From: Thermodesulfobacteriota bacterium
GTDB lineage: Bacteria; Desulfobacterota_D; UBA1144; Nemesobacterales; UBA2774
Direction of reading: 5' to 3'
NCBI GenBank assembly: GCA_965223335.1
Contig: OZ244991.1
Span: 896,001 to 960,000 of the forward strand
Length of the DNA: 64,000 bases
Positions 20,461-29,368 of this stretch are shown in pieces. The first letter of the stretch is position 1, and every line of letters begins with the position of its first letter. The notes below the pieces were generated by a model. That model had not been told where the DNA came from, searched no databases, and saw only the letters and a program-made list of their open reading frames with translations. A program made the translations under genes and the position numbers.

Positions 20461-21897
20461 ATGAATTTATATTCTAGCACGATTACAGGTAGTTCTTTGA
20501 ACAAGAGCGTAAAAGCACCAATAAGATTTATATCCCCTTTCTTGCATCTCATATGCATAGCAATTTCATTGATACTTTGCATATATGACTCAGGGTTTGC
20601 ACAAGATACCGACAACAACATCGATAGAGGTCTGTCCCTCACTGACCAGTTTGAAATTCATCCCACTCACAGACAGTTCCACAACCAAAAAATAAGTACT
20701 GATTTTGAAGATTTATTCCAGAGAAAATACATGACCGGCAACTGGAACGGGCTACGTACAAAACTCTTGGATGCCGGGGTTAAGGCTACACTCACCTATG
20801 TCGCAAATATACAGGCCAACATATATGGCGGTAAGAAAAAGGGATTTGGGTACTTTCATGAAATCGGGTTCTATCTAAGCTTCGATCTGGAAAAGTTGCT
20901 GGGTTGGAAGGGTTCGGAGTTCAATATATCCGGCTCACAGAAAAGCGGTAATAATCTAAGCACCAACGATATAGGTAACCTATTCAACGTAGCCCAGCTC
21001 TGTTGTGGTGCTACATATAAAATCGTAGACATATTTTACCAGCAACGTTTAATGCAGGATAAATTGAACATCCGCCTGGGTAGGATCTCGGCCGGCGACG
21101 AGTTTATGACGTCGCCGATCTATTGGCATTTTGTACAAAGTGCAATAAACGACAACCCGGGTGCCATCTTTTTTAACGTCGATTTCTCTACATTTTCAGA
21201 TGCCACATGGGGAGCCAGGATCAGGTTTAAACCAAACGAAGAGTGCTATATAATGGCGGGTGTATACAATGCCAATCCCAATTTCTTCCGCACTAAGTTC
21301 CATGGGGCATATTTTAGTTTTAAAGGTCCGTACATGTGGCTTGCTGAGGCCGGGTACAGGCATTACCTGAACTATACTATGCCCGGGAACTACAAACTCG
21401 GTGTTTACTATCAATCAGGACAATTCCAGTATCTAAACCCTGAAAACGGTTCTAAAACAGGTAACTACGGTTTCTACATCCTAGTCGATCAGATGATATA
21501 CAGGGAACCCAATTACTCAACTAAACAGGGCCTAACCCCGTTTCTAGCCCTTCTGATCGCACCCGACAACGATATAAACCTAATACCGTTTTTCATGTGC
21601 GGCGGGTTTGTATACGAGGGACTTATTCCCGGGCGGGATAAAGACATCGCGGGGTTTGCATTCGCATACGGAAACATAAGCAGTGAAAATAAACCGCAGC
21701 CGCAATCTGGTAGCCCAGTAGGTGTAAACGCGATGACCCCCCAAGAATTTGAAGCAGTCGTAGAGTGGACCTATATTATCGAGCTTGCTCCCTGGCTAAA
21801 CATCCAGCCCGATATTCAATATGTCATTAACCCCGGTGCAACAGGAGAGCTTCCCGACGCCCTGGTCATTGGATTTCAGCTGGCTGTATCCCTTTAG
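20461..21897 (+). CDS. OprB-family carbohydrate-selective porin
   Basis: MTGNWNGLRT, IQPDIQYVINPG, terminal beta-strand; start uncertain. Confidence 0.87.
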   Translation: MNLYSSTITGSSLNKSVKAPIRFISPFLHLICIAISLILCIYDSGFAQDTDNNIDRGLSLTDQFEIHPTHRQFHNQKISTDFEDLFQRKYMTGNWNGLRTKLLDAGVKATLTYVANIQANIYGGKKKGFGYFHEIGFYLSFDLEKLLGWKGSEFNISGSQKSGNNLSTNDIGNLFNVAQLCCGATYKIVDIFYQQRLMQDKLNIRLGRISAGDEFMTSPIYWHFVQSAINDNPGAIFFNVDFSTFSDATWGARIRFKPNEECYIMAGVYNANPNFFRTKFHGAYFSFKGPYMWLAEAGYRHYLNYTMPGNYKLGVYYQSGQFQYLNPENGSKTGNYGFYILVDQMIYREPNYSTKQGLTPFLALLIAPDNDINLIPFFMCGGFVYEGLIPGRDKDIAGFAFAYGNISSENKPQPQSGSPVGVNAMTPQEFEAVVEWTYIIELAPWLNIQPDIQYVINPGATGELPDALVIGFQLAVSL

Positions 21898-21905
21898 GCC
21901 CACGA

Positions 21906-22289
21906 TCAACCACTTTGATCTATCTCTGCAAACACCTCTTTTGCAAGCCTAAGCCCTGTAAGCGCAGCAGGGAACCCAGCATACACTAATGTCTGCATCA
22001 ATACCTCCACAACCTCCTCACGGCTGCACCCGCAGTTAAGCGCTCCCTTTATATGTACTTTTAACTGGTTAGGTGCAGTACCCAGCGCAGTAAGCGCTGC
22101 CACGGCAGTAATCTCGCGCGATTTCATATCGAGCCCGGGACGCGAAGAAATCTCACCAAACACAAACTCCATCAAATAACGCACCATATCGGGAGCTATG
22201 TCGTCAAGGCTTTTCTTTGTCCTCTCAGACGCTCCCGGTGCAATCTCCTCAAGCTTCTCTAAACCCTTTTGATATTTATCTTCCGACAC
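21906..22289 (-). CDS. Carboxymuconolactone decarboxylase family protein
   Basis: FVFGEI.SRPGL...RE, QLKVH, YAGFPAA. Confidence 0.9.
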   Translation of the reverse strand: MSEDKYQKGLEKLEEIAPGASERTKKSLDDIAPDMVRYLMEFVFGEISSRPGLDMKSREITAVAALTALGTAPNQLKVHIKGALNCGCSREEVVEVLMQTLVYAGFPAALTGLRLAKEVFAEIDQSG

Positions 22290-22372
22290 TGCAGTCCTCC
22301 TTTAATTGGCTTGAATTTATCATGAGTAAAGCCTATACTACGGCTTTTAATTTATGATGTAAAGGAGAAGCA

Positions 22373-22660
22373 ATGTTAATCCTAATTGCCAAATTCAACA
22401 CCAAACCCGAGCACCGCAGCACCATGATGGAACTTGCAAAAGGGCTCTTGGAGCCATCTAGGAGTGAAGCAGGGTGTATCCACTACGAGTTTCTACAAGA
22501 CCCTTTTGAGCCCGACTCTTTCACCTTCTACGAAAAATGGGACTCACAGGACGCCCTTGATCTCCATTTTCAAAAGCCGTATTTTATTGATTTTAGCAAT
22601 AAGTTCCCACAATTGATCAAAGGAGAACACAGCCTCGAAACTTACGAGGTCGCACAATAA
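22373..22660 (+). CDS. Antibiotic biosynthesis monooxygenase (putative quinol monooxygenase)
   Basis: SRSEAGC..Y, FYEKWDS..AL..H. Confidence 0.88.
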   Translation: MLILIAKFNTKPEHRSTMMELAKGLLEPSRSEAGCIHYEFLQDPFEPDSFTFYEKWDSQDALDLHFQKPYFIDFSNKFPQLIKGEHSLETYEVAQ

Positions 22661-22665
22661 GCAAT

Positions 22666-24252
22666 ATGAAAAAACTCACTTTGCTTCTTATAGTTCCATT
22701 TGTGCTGGCCATTAGTTGCAGCAGGGGTAACGATGATAGCACGGCCGATATTACAAATAAAAATACTATAAATGTAAATATAGGAAACGAGCCACCCTCG
22801 CTCGACTGGTCCTTAGCAACCGATAGCACCTCTTTTACTATCTTAAACAACATCATGGAGGGCCTCACCACATTCGGCGACACATTTCTGCCCGAACCCT
22901 CCCTCGCCGAGAGCTGGGAGATAAGTGAAGACGGCAGGACCTACACGTTTAAAATTAGGGACAACATATACTGGACCGACGGTGTACCTCTTAAAGCAGG
23001 TGATTTCGAGTACTCCTGGAAGCGTATACTAAACCCTGCCACCGGCGGGCACTACGCATACTTCCTGTTTGATATACAAAATGCTGAAGAGTACAACACC
23101 GGCGATTTAAAGGACCCCGATAAAGTAGGCGTAAAAGCCCTAGACGACAAAACCTTAGAGGTAACACTAAAGAGAAGAGCATCCTATTTCCCAAGCCTGC
23201 TTACGTTCATGTCCACTTTTCCCATGAGGAAAGACGTTGTCGAAACCCATGGCCTAAAATGGACAGAGCCCCAAAACATTGTCACCCTAGGCCCCTACAA
23301 ACTAAGCAGTTGGAAACACCACGATAGGTTGGCACTCACTAAAAACCCCGGGTACTGGGGAGAGAAACCCAAGATTGAGAATGTAAATATGATAATGAAC
23401 GAGAACCCCTCCTCTGCGCTCGCACTATACGAGAGCGGTGAGCTCGACTATGCCGACTCCAAGAGTATACCCCCTCTGGAGGTACCCAGGCTAAGAGACC
23501 TTGCCGATTTTAAGAGCACTCAACAGTTCAGGGGCAACTACATTGCGTTTAATGTTAAGAAAACCCCGTTCGACAACCCGCTGGTCAGAAAAGCCTTTGC
23601 CGCAGCTATCGACAAAAAGAGCATCATCAACATTATCCAAGGCGCTGGTATCACCACTAGCTCGTGGATACCCAAGAACATGCTAGGGTACAACCAGGAC
23701 ATAGGCATTTCGTTTGACCCCGTGCAGGCCAAAAAATGGCTTGCCGAGGCAGGGTATCCCGGGGGAAAAGGATTCCCCGAGGTGACATTTCTGTGGCCCG
23801 ATGTTAGTTATAACAGAGTAATCGCAGAGGCCCTCCAGAGTATGTGGAAGGAGTACTTGGGTGTCGAGGTTAACCTCATTAACGAAGAGTGGAAGGTGTA
23901 CCTAAGCACTATTAATACGAATCCTCCCGAGATACACCGCGCAGGTTGGGGTGCCGACTTCCCTGACCCCCATAACTTTATGAACCTGTTCGAGTGCAAA
24001 TCGGGCAACAACCGAACCGGGTGGTGCAACCCGAAATACGATGAACTGATAGATAAGGCTGCCGAGGAGATCGACGCCGATAAGAGAAAAGAGCTATATG
24101 ACCAGGCTCAAAAAATACTGACTGAAACCGATGCACCCATCGCACCGTTTTATATTACGAACCAACAGAACTTAATAAAACCATATGTGAAAGGGCTTGT
24201 CCCAAACCCCCTGGACATAGTGCTTTTTAAGGACGCCTATTTCCAGGATTAG
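22666..24252 (+). CDS. Peptide ABC transporter substrate-binding lipoprotein (OppA/SBP family 5)
   Basis: Lipobox AISC, PSLAESWEIS.DG.TYTF, RAGWGADFPDP. Confidence 0.92.
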   Translation: MKKLTLLLIVPFVLAISCSRGNDDSTADITNKNTINVNIGNEPPSLDWSLATDSTSFTILNNIMEGLTTFGDTFLPEPSLAESWEISEDGRTYTFKIRDNIYWTDGVPLKAGDFEYSWKRILNPATGGHYAYFLFDIQNAEEYNTGDLKDPDKVGVKALDDKTLEVTLKRRASYFPSLLTFMSTFPMRKDVVETHGLKWTEPQNIVTLGPYKLSSWKHHDRLALTKNPGYWGEKPKIENVNMIMNENPSSALALYESGELDYADSKSIPPLEVPRLRDLADFKSTQQFRGNYIAFNVKKTPFDNPLVRKAFAAAIDKKSIINIIQGAGITTSSWIPKNMLGYNQDIGISFDPVQAKKWLAEAGYPGGKGFPEVTFLWPDVSYNRVIAEALQSMWKEYLGVEVNLINEEWKVYLSTINTNPPEIHRAGWGADFPDPHNFMNLFECKSGNNRTGWCNPKYDELIDKAAEEIDADKRKELYDQAQKILTETDAPIAPFYITNQQNLIKPYVKGLVPNPLDIVLFKDAYFQD

Positions 24253-24307
24253 TATACTAAAACCCCTGTTCACAACTTACCCACACTAAACCCGCATTCC
24301 ATGCATT

Positions 24308-25360
24308 TTAGCCCTTAAAATAAGGGATAATCTCTTTGGCATAGGTCTCGAGTGCAAGATTCGGGTCGGGGCTGAATCTATAAAACAGTACAAAGTGTCT
24401 TACCCCTGCGTCCACAAACTTTTCTATCTTTTCTATACAGTCCTTTGTGGCGCCGGTGATCGTAAAGTCGAGTATGGCTTCACGGGGAAAAAACTGTCCC
24501 AGCTCCCTAAATTTCTGCCGGCCCTCCTCGTCCTGGGGAATGACGTTGAAGTAGTTAAGCCCGTGGAACTCCTCGGGTATCTCCACATCATATCCGGCCT
24601 TTTTAAGCTGATCCTGCATCACTAGGACATACTTAAAGGGCTCTAGTGTCTTGTATGCTTCGTCAACGTTTTCACCTAGGGATGTAAATACCCATAATGC
24701 CGGGTCTATATCGTCCAGAGTCCTGCCCGCACCTGTGGCCCCTTCTTCGATGGTCTTTAAGTACTCCCCGTAGAGATAAGGGTTAAGGTCTATCGGCAAC
24801 CACCCGTCCCCAAGCTCTCCTGTGAGTTTAAGCCCTTTGGGAGTATGTGTGGCAATATACATGGGAATTCGGTCTCTCTCGTAAGGCTTTACCTGTAAAA
24901 ACGCGTCTTTTAGAGTGTAGTATTCTCCATCAAAATCACACGAACCTTCCGTAGCCCATAGTTTCTGCATCACCGTCATCGCCTCGCGCAATCTGCTGAG
25001 CGGTTTGTCCCATTTTATCCCATAAGCATCCAGGTTCATGGACTCTCCCACCCCCAGCGTAAGAGTGACACGGCCCTTGGATATGTGGTCGATCGAAGCA
25101 AGCCTCTGTGCAAACACAGCGGGGTGCATCCTATGCGGGTCAGACACCGTACCCAGATTAATGTTCGTTGTCTTCATAGCCGCAGCCGTTGCAATGGTCC
25201 ATGCCTCATGCGCCTCTGTGGGTGACACAAACACCACATGATCTGGAAACCACACCGTATCGAAACCCAGTTGGTCTGCTTTAACCGAAAAGTCGAGTAG
25301 TCCGTTTAGATCAGCGCCCGGCATAGGGGCCGAGAGCCCAAATTTAATATCTTTTCCCAT
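24308..25360 (-). CDS. LLM-class (luciferase-like) oxidoreductase, probably F420-dependent
   Basis: WFPDH, HPAVFAQR.ASIDH.S.GR..L.LGVGE..N, GDGWLP. Confidence 0.85.
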   Translation of the reverse strand: MGKDIKFGLSAPMPGADLNGLLDFSVKADQLGFDTVWFPDHVVFVSPTEAHEAWTIATAAAMKTTNINLGTVSDPHRMHPAVFAQRLASIDHISKGRVTLTLGVGESMNLDAYGIKWDKPLSRLREAMTVMQKLWATEGSCDFDGEYYTLKDAFLQVKPYERDRIPMYIATHTPKGLKLTGELGDGWLPIDLNPYLYGEYLKTIEEGATGAGRTLDDIDPALWVFTSLGENVDEAYKTLEPFKYVLVMQDQLKKAGYDVEIPEEFHGLNYFNVIPQDEEGRQKFRELGQFFPREAILDFTITGATKDCIEKIEKFVDAGVRHFVLFYRFSPDPNLALETYAKEIIPYFKG

Positions 25361-25457
25361 ATCTGCACCTCATCACCGTAGTTTGAGTTTCATTATAAAC
25401 GCTTTTCTAGACAAAAAACAAGTGACCCAACCCCTAGTTAACCAGTTATCAGACACG

Positions 25458-25492
25458 TTGATTATGAGTTTAAAATCAATAGATGTTATAAT
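25458..25492 (+). promoter_or_regulatory. Extended -10 promoter with upstream inverted repeat
   Basis: TGtTATAAT at 25484-25492; TTGATT-N10-AATCAA at 25458-25479 between the divergent LLM genes. Confidence 0.45.
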
Positions 25493-25524
25493 AAGCGCAA
25501 GCCCAAAACCAAGGAGAACAAAGC

Positions 25525-26547
25525 ATGAAATTCGGCATAGGACTTTTCAGCCTCCAAACCCATGAACAACTACCCTACGCTCACACAGATATATACAAAA
25601 ACACCCTAGACCAGGTAAAACTGGCAGAGGACGTAAATTTCAACTCGGCATGGATCTCCGAGCACCACTTCCTGCCCGATGGCTACTGCCCGTCCCCCGC
25701 CGTGATCGCCTCGGCAATGGCAGCGGTTACAGACAGGATAGAGATTGGTTCAGGCGGAATTATTCTCCCTCTCCATAACCCCATCCGTGTGGCGGAAGAC
25801 GCAGCAATGGTCGACATCGTTTCCGAGGGGCGTTTTAACCTCGGTGTTGTGCTCGGTTATAGGAAAGAGGAGTACGAGGGCATGGGTGTGCCGATGAAGC
25901 AAAGACCCTCTAGAATGGAAGAGGGCATCCAGGTGCTCGAGAAGGCGCTAGCAGGCGAGAGCTTCTCTTTCGAGGGCAAGCGATATAACTACAATGAACT
26001 AAGCGTAACACCGAGTCCTGTCCGTAAACCCCTGCCTATATACATCGGTGCCTTTGAAGAACCGGCCATTCGCAGGGCCGGGCGCCTGGGATATCCGTTG
26101 TTGATAGGCCCGGGGCGCACAATGGATATGGTAAGGGACACGCTCGGTTACTATAACGACGAAGCCGAGAAATCGGGCAAAGACCCAAAAAGCATAGAAC
26201 ATATCCTACTAAGAGAGACTTACGTATCCCCAGAACCCAAGGACGCAAAAGCCGGGGGTGATAAATACATAATCAGCATGTACAAGTACTACTTCACGCT
26301 AGGGGTCAAAATGTTTGTCAGGGGACAGGAGATACAGGGTCTCGACGACCCGCTATTCGAACACCTTGCGGAAGAGAGGTTTGTGATAGGAACCCCTGGG
26401 GACTGTATCAAAGAAATCGAGCGTTATAGGGAAGAACTGGGCATAAACTACGTGTGCTGCAGAATGGTTTTCCCCGAGGCCAGTCACGAGTTAATTTCCG
26501 AGTGCATAGAAACGTTCGGCAACGAGGTCATCCCACACTTTAGTTGA
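25525..26547 (+). CDS. LLM-class flavin-dependent oxidoreductase
   Basis: WISEHHF, LPLHNPIRVAED.A.VD..S.GR..LG...GYR. Confidence 0.9.
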   Translation: MKFGIGLFSLQTHEQLPYAHTDIYKNTLDQVKLAEDVNFNSAWISEHHFLPDGYCPSPAVIASAMAAVTDRIEIGSGGIILPLHNPIRVAEDAAMVDIVSEGRFNLGVVLGYRKEEYEGMGVPMKQRPSRMEEGIQVLEKALAGESFSFEGKRYNYNELSVTPSPVRKPLPIYIGAFEEPAIRRAGRLGYPLLIGPGRTMDMVRDTLGYYNDEAEKSGKDPKSIEHILLRETYVSPEPKDAKAGGDKYIISMYKYYFTLGVKMFVRGQEIQGLDDPLFEHLAEERFVIGTPGDCIKEIERYREELGINYVCCRMVFPEASHELISECIETFGNEVIPHFS

Positions 26548-26563
26548 CCGTGCTTAATTTTCG

Positions 26564-28960
26564 CTAGTTCTGCACACGCTCATTAATAACCTTGCGCAGA
26601 ACTTGGCCCAGGTCCTCAACCGTATAGGGTTTGGTTAAATAATCTTTAAAACCGTATTTTTCGTAATCGGACATAACAGGGTTATTTGAGTAGCCGCTCG
26701 ATACTATAGCGGTAACGTTCTTATCAAAGGTAACCAGTTCGCGGATCACCTCTTCCCCGCCCTTCTCGCCAGGGATCGTCAAGTCCAATATCACTGCGTC
26801 ATAGGGAAGCCCGTTCTCCACAGACTCCTTATAGCGTGTAATCGCATCCGAGCCCCTATCCACACAATCAACCGTATAACCGAGGGCACAAAGTGTTTTG
26901 TCCAGGAATTTCCTAATCGACTCCTCGTCGTCAAGTACAAGGATCTTGCCGTCACCCTTTAGGTCAACGCTCAGTTTTTCTACAGGAAGAACCCATTGTT
27001 GGTCCGAAGCCGGCATATAGAGATCAAACCTTGTCCCCTCACCCTCAGTTGAATCAACCGTTATCTTGCCCCCGTGTTGATTAACAATAGAGTAGGTCGT
27101 AGCCAGGCCGAGCCCGCTGCCCTCGGCCTTGGTGGTAAAATATGGGTCAAATATTTTTTGTAGATTTTCTTCCGATATACCCTCACCCTCATCCTCAAAA
27201 CTCACTCTTATAAAATCTCCTTGTTCTAGTCCCATAGTATTATTGCCATCGAGTGTTATATTTTCCGCATTCACCCTTATAATGCCTCCCTTGGGCATTG
27301 CCTGTTTAGCATTAATGATAAGGTTATTCAGCACCTGGTTCATCTGCCCCTGGTCAACTTCCACGGGTTTAATATCATCGGGTATCATAAGCTCGCTTTT
27401 TACATTCGAGCCCCTTAGCACAAACTCCATAGATTCCTGGAGCATATCTTTTACATTTGAAGTTGTTTTTATGGGAACTCCGCCTTTTGCAAACGTTAGC
27501 AACTGCTGTGTTAGGCTCCTTGCATGTATTGAGGCGCTCTCGGCATCGGTCAAAATCTTATCTACCTCTTTATTATGTTCGTAAGTTCTAGCCAAAGAGA
27601 TGTTGCCGAGTATTGTTGTAAGCAGGTTATTAAAATCATGTGCCAATCCCCCCGCCATAATCCCGAGAGATTCTAGTTTGGCATGCTTTTGAGCCTCTTC
27701 CTCCATAATCTTTTTGTCCGTTATATCCCTAGAGGTAACAACGGCCCTCACCTCGCCGCTAGCGGTCCTAAAAGGCTTCCCCGTGCTTTCTAACCAGCGC
27801 CATGTCTGGTTTTTATGTCTATATCTAAACTCCACATGACCACTGTCAAAACTTATTAGAGACGAGCTGAATATCTTCATCACCTCGGCCTGGTCGTCGG
27901 GATGGACATACTGAAAAATATTGGTCCCAATAAGCTCCTTCGGCTTATACCCGAGTTTTTCATCATGGTTCTGGCTTACGTACAAGAAGTTCCCCAGAGA
28001 GCTGGTTTCAATCACCATATCGTATGAATGATCTACTAAAACATTTAGTCGGTCCTGACTCTCAGTTAAAGAGTGCTCGGCTTTTTCTCTCTCTTCAATT
28101 TCCTTTTGCAGGGTCTCGTTTGCAGTGGTGAGCTCATCAGTCCTCTGTTGTATCTGGTTCTCGAGCTCCTGGTTTGAGCTCCGCAATTCGTTCTCGATCT
28201 TCTTATAATCCGTAATCTCCACAATAGAACATATAATCGCCTCAACTTGACCATCGTCTTTACGTAGAGGCGATGAAGAAAATTTCACATCAATCTTTCG
28301 GTTGCCTCTGTTCACAACATAGCCATCTACTTGTTTCATACCCTCTGTGGCCAAGAGCTCATCATAGCCATGATGTGTTAAAGGGTTACCCTTTCCAAAC
28401 ACAGTCGAGATGTGTTGGCCGCTAAGCTGCTCAGAACTAAAGCCCAACAGCCCTTCTGCGGCAGGATTTATATAAGTAATATTCAGGTCAGCATCCAAGA
28501 CCAGTATAGAACCAGGCACCGAATTCAAAATACCGTTTAGAAAAGAGGTCGAGTCCAAAGCTCCCGCTAACTCAGTAGCCATAGTGTTAATCGAGCCGGC
28601 CAAGTGGGCTAGTTCGTCCTCATTATCTATATCAACTCTGGCACTTAGATCGCCCGAGTTAATTTGTTGAGCGGTATCTTTTATTTTCTCAATCGGTTCT
28701 CTAACCACTCTATTTAAAGTCACAAACGTAAATGTAGCTAGTGCCAATAAAAAAATTGTCATTACTAAGATGATAATCGACTCGTTTTGGGTCCCCAGAC
28801 CAGAGATCATGCTTGGATCCGTATTTTCTATCGTCGTCTCAGATACAACCTGGGACAGCGATTCTGCATAGTTTGACACGTACAGAGCAGTGCCACCCAA
28901 TACAAGTATCGCAATGATTAGAAGCACATATGCGGTTAGGATCTTACTTTTAATAGTCAT
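26564..28960 (-). CDS. Hybrid sensor histidine kinase (2 TM, HAMP, 2 PAS, HisKA, HATPase, receiver)
   Basis: DELAHLA.SIN.M HAMP, AHDFNNLL H-box, NL.INA, IFDPYFTTK, GSGLGL, VLDDE / ILDLTIPG / KPY receiver. Confidence 0.94.
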   Translation of the reverse strand: MTIKSKILTAYVLLIIAILVLGGTALYVSNYAESLSQVVSETTIENTDPSMISGLGTQNESIIILVMTIFLLALATFTFVTLNRVVREPIEKIKDTAQQINSGDLSARVDIDNEDELAHLAGSINTMATELAGALDSTSFLNGILNSVPGSILVLDADLNITYINPAAEGLLGFSSEQLSGQHISTVFGKGNPLTHHGYDELLATEGMKQVDGYVVNRGNRKIDVKFSSSPLRKDDGQVEAIICSIVEITDYKKIENELRSSNQELENQIQQRTDELTTANETLQKEIEEREKAEHSLTESQDRLNVLVDHSYDMVIETSSLGNFLYVSQNHDEKLGYKPKELIGTNIFQYVHPDDQAEVMKIFSSSLISFDSGHVEFRYRHKNQTWRWLESTGKPFRTASGEVRAVVTSRDITDKKIMEEEAQKHAKLESLGIMAGGLAHDFNNLLTTILGNISLARTYEHNKEVDKILTDAESASIHARSLTQQLLTFAKGGVPIKTTSNVKDMLQESMEFVLRGSNVKSELMIPDDIKPVEVDQGQMNQVLNNLIINAKQAMPKGGIIRVNAENITLDGNNTMGLEQGDFIRVSFEDEGEGISEENLQKIFDPYFTTKAEGSGLGLATTYSIVNQHGGKITVDSTEGEGTRFDLYMPASDQQWVLPVEKLSVDLKGDGKILVLDDEESIRKFLDKTLCALGYTVDCVDRGSDAITRYKESVENGLPYDAVILDLTIPGEKGGEEVIRELVTFDKNVTAIVSSGYSNNPVMSDYEKYGFKDYLTKPYTVEDLGQVLRKVINERVQN

Positions 28961-29111
28961 GAGTACTATCTATTAATAATGATAATATACAAATAGTATG
29001 ATGTTAAATTCCATCTAATTACAACCCTCTCCATTAATATAACTATTTTCAGCCGATTAACTTGAATAGATCGGTGATATGTTGTAATTTAGTTGATAAG
29101 TTTGATAATTT

Positions 29112-29281
29112 ACCTAGGTTAACGGTTTTTCTATAACTTAAAAGGGAAATCCGGTGAGAATCCGGTGCAGCCCGCTCGCTGCTGTAAGTAGTCCGTAAAG
29201 CCCTTTGCATTATGCCACTGGGATATCGATTCTGGGAAGGCGCAGAGGGAACCGAGGCTACAAGCCAGAATACCTGCCTTT
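29112..29281 (+). ncRNA. Cobalamin (B12) riboswitch
   Basis: AGGT...AAAAGGGAA.CCGGTGAGAATCCGGTGCAGCCCG...CTGTAA...GCCACTGG...CTGGGAAGGC...AAGCCAGAATACCTGCC, directly upstream of a TonB-dependent receptor. Confidence 0.95.
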
Positions 29282-29337
29282 AACCTTAATATTACTTTTC
29301 TTCGGGGGGAGAAAGTAAATGATATACCCATTTGAAT

Positions 29338-29365
29338 CACCTCCCGGTCATCTATACCGGGGGTG
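29338..29365 (+). promoter_or_regulatory. RBS-sequestering hairpin (riboswitch expression platform)
   Basis: CACC(T)CCCGGT pairs with ACCGGGGGTG, covering the SD just before GTG 29369. Confidence 0.65.
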
Positions 29366-29368
29366 TAA

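Noticed and set aside
25458..25479. FNR box
   Set aside because: The TTGAT/ATCAA half-sites are 12 nt apart rather than 4.
29131..29340. 69-aa minus-strand ORF
   Set aside because: Overlaps the cobalamin riboswitch, which explains the sequence.
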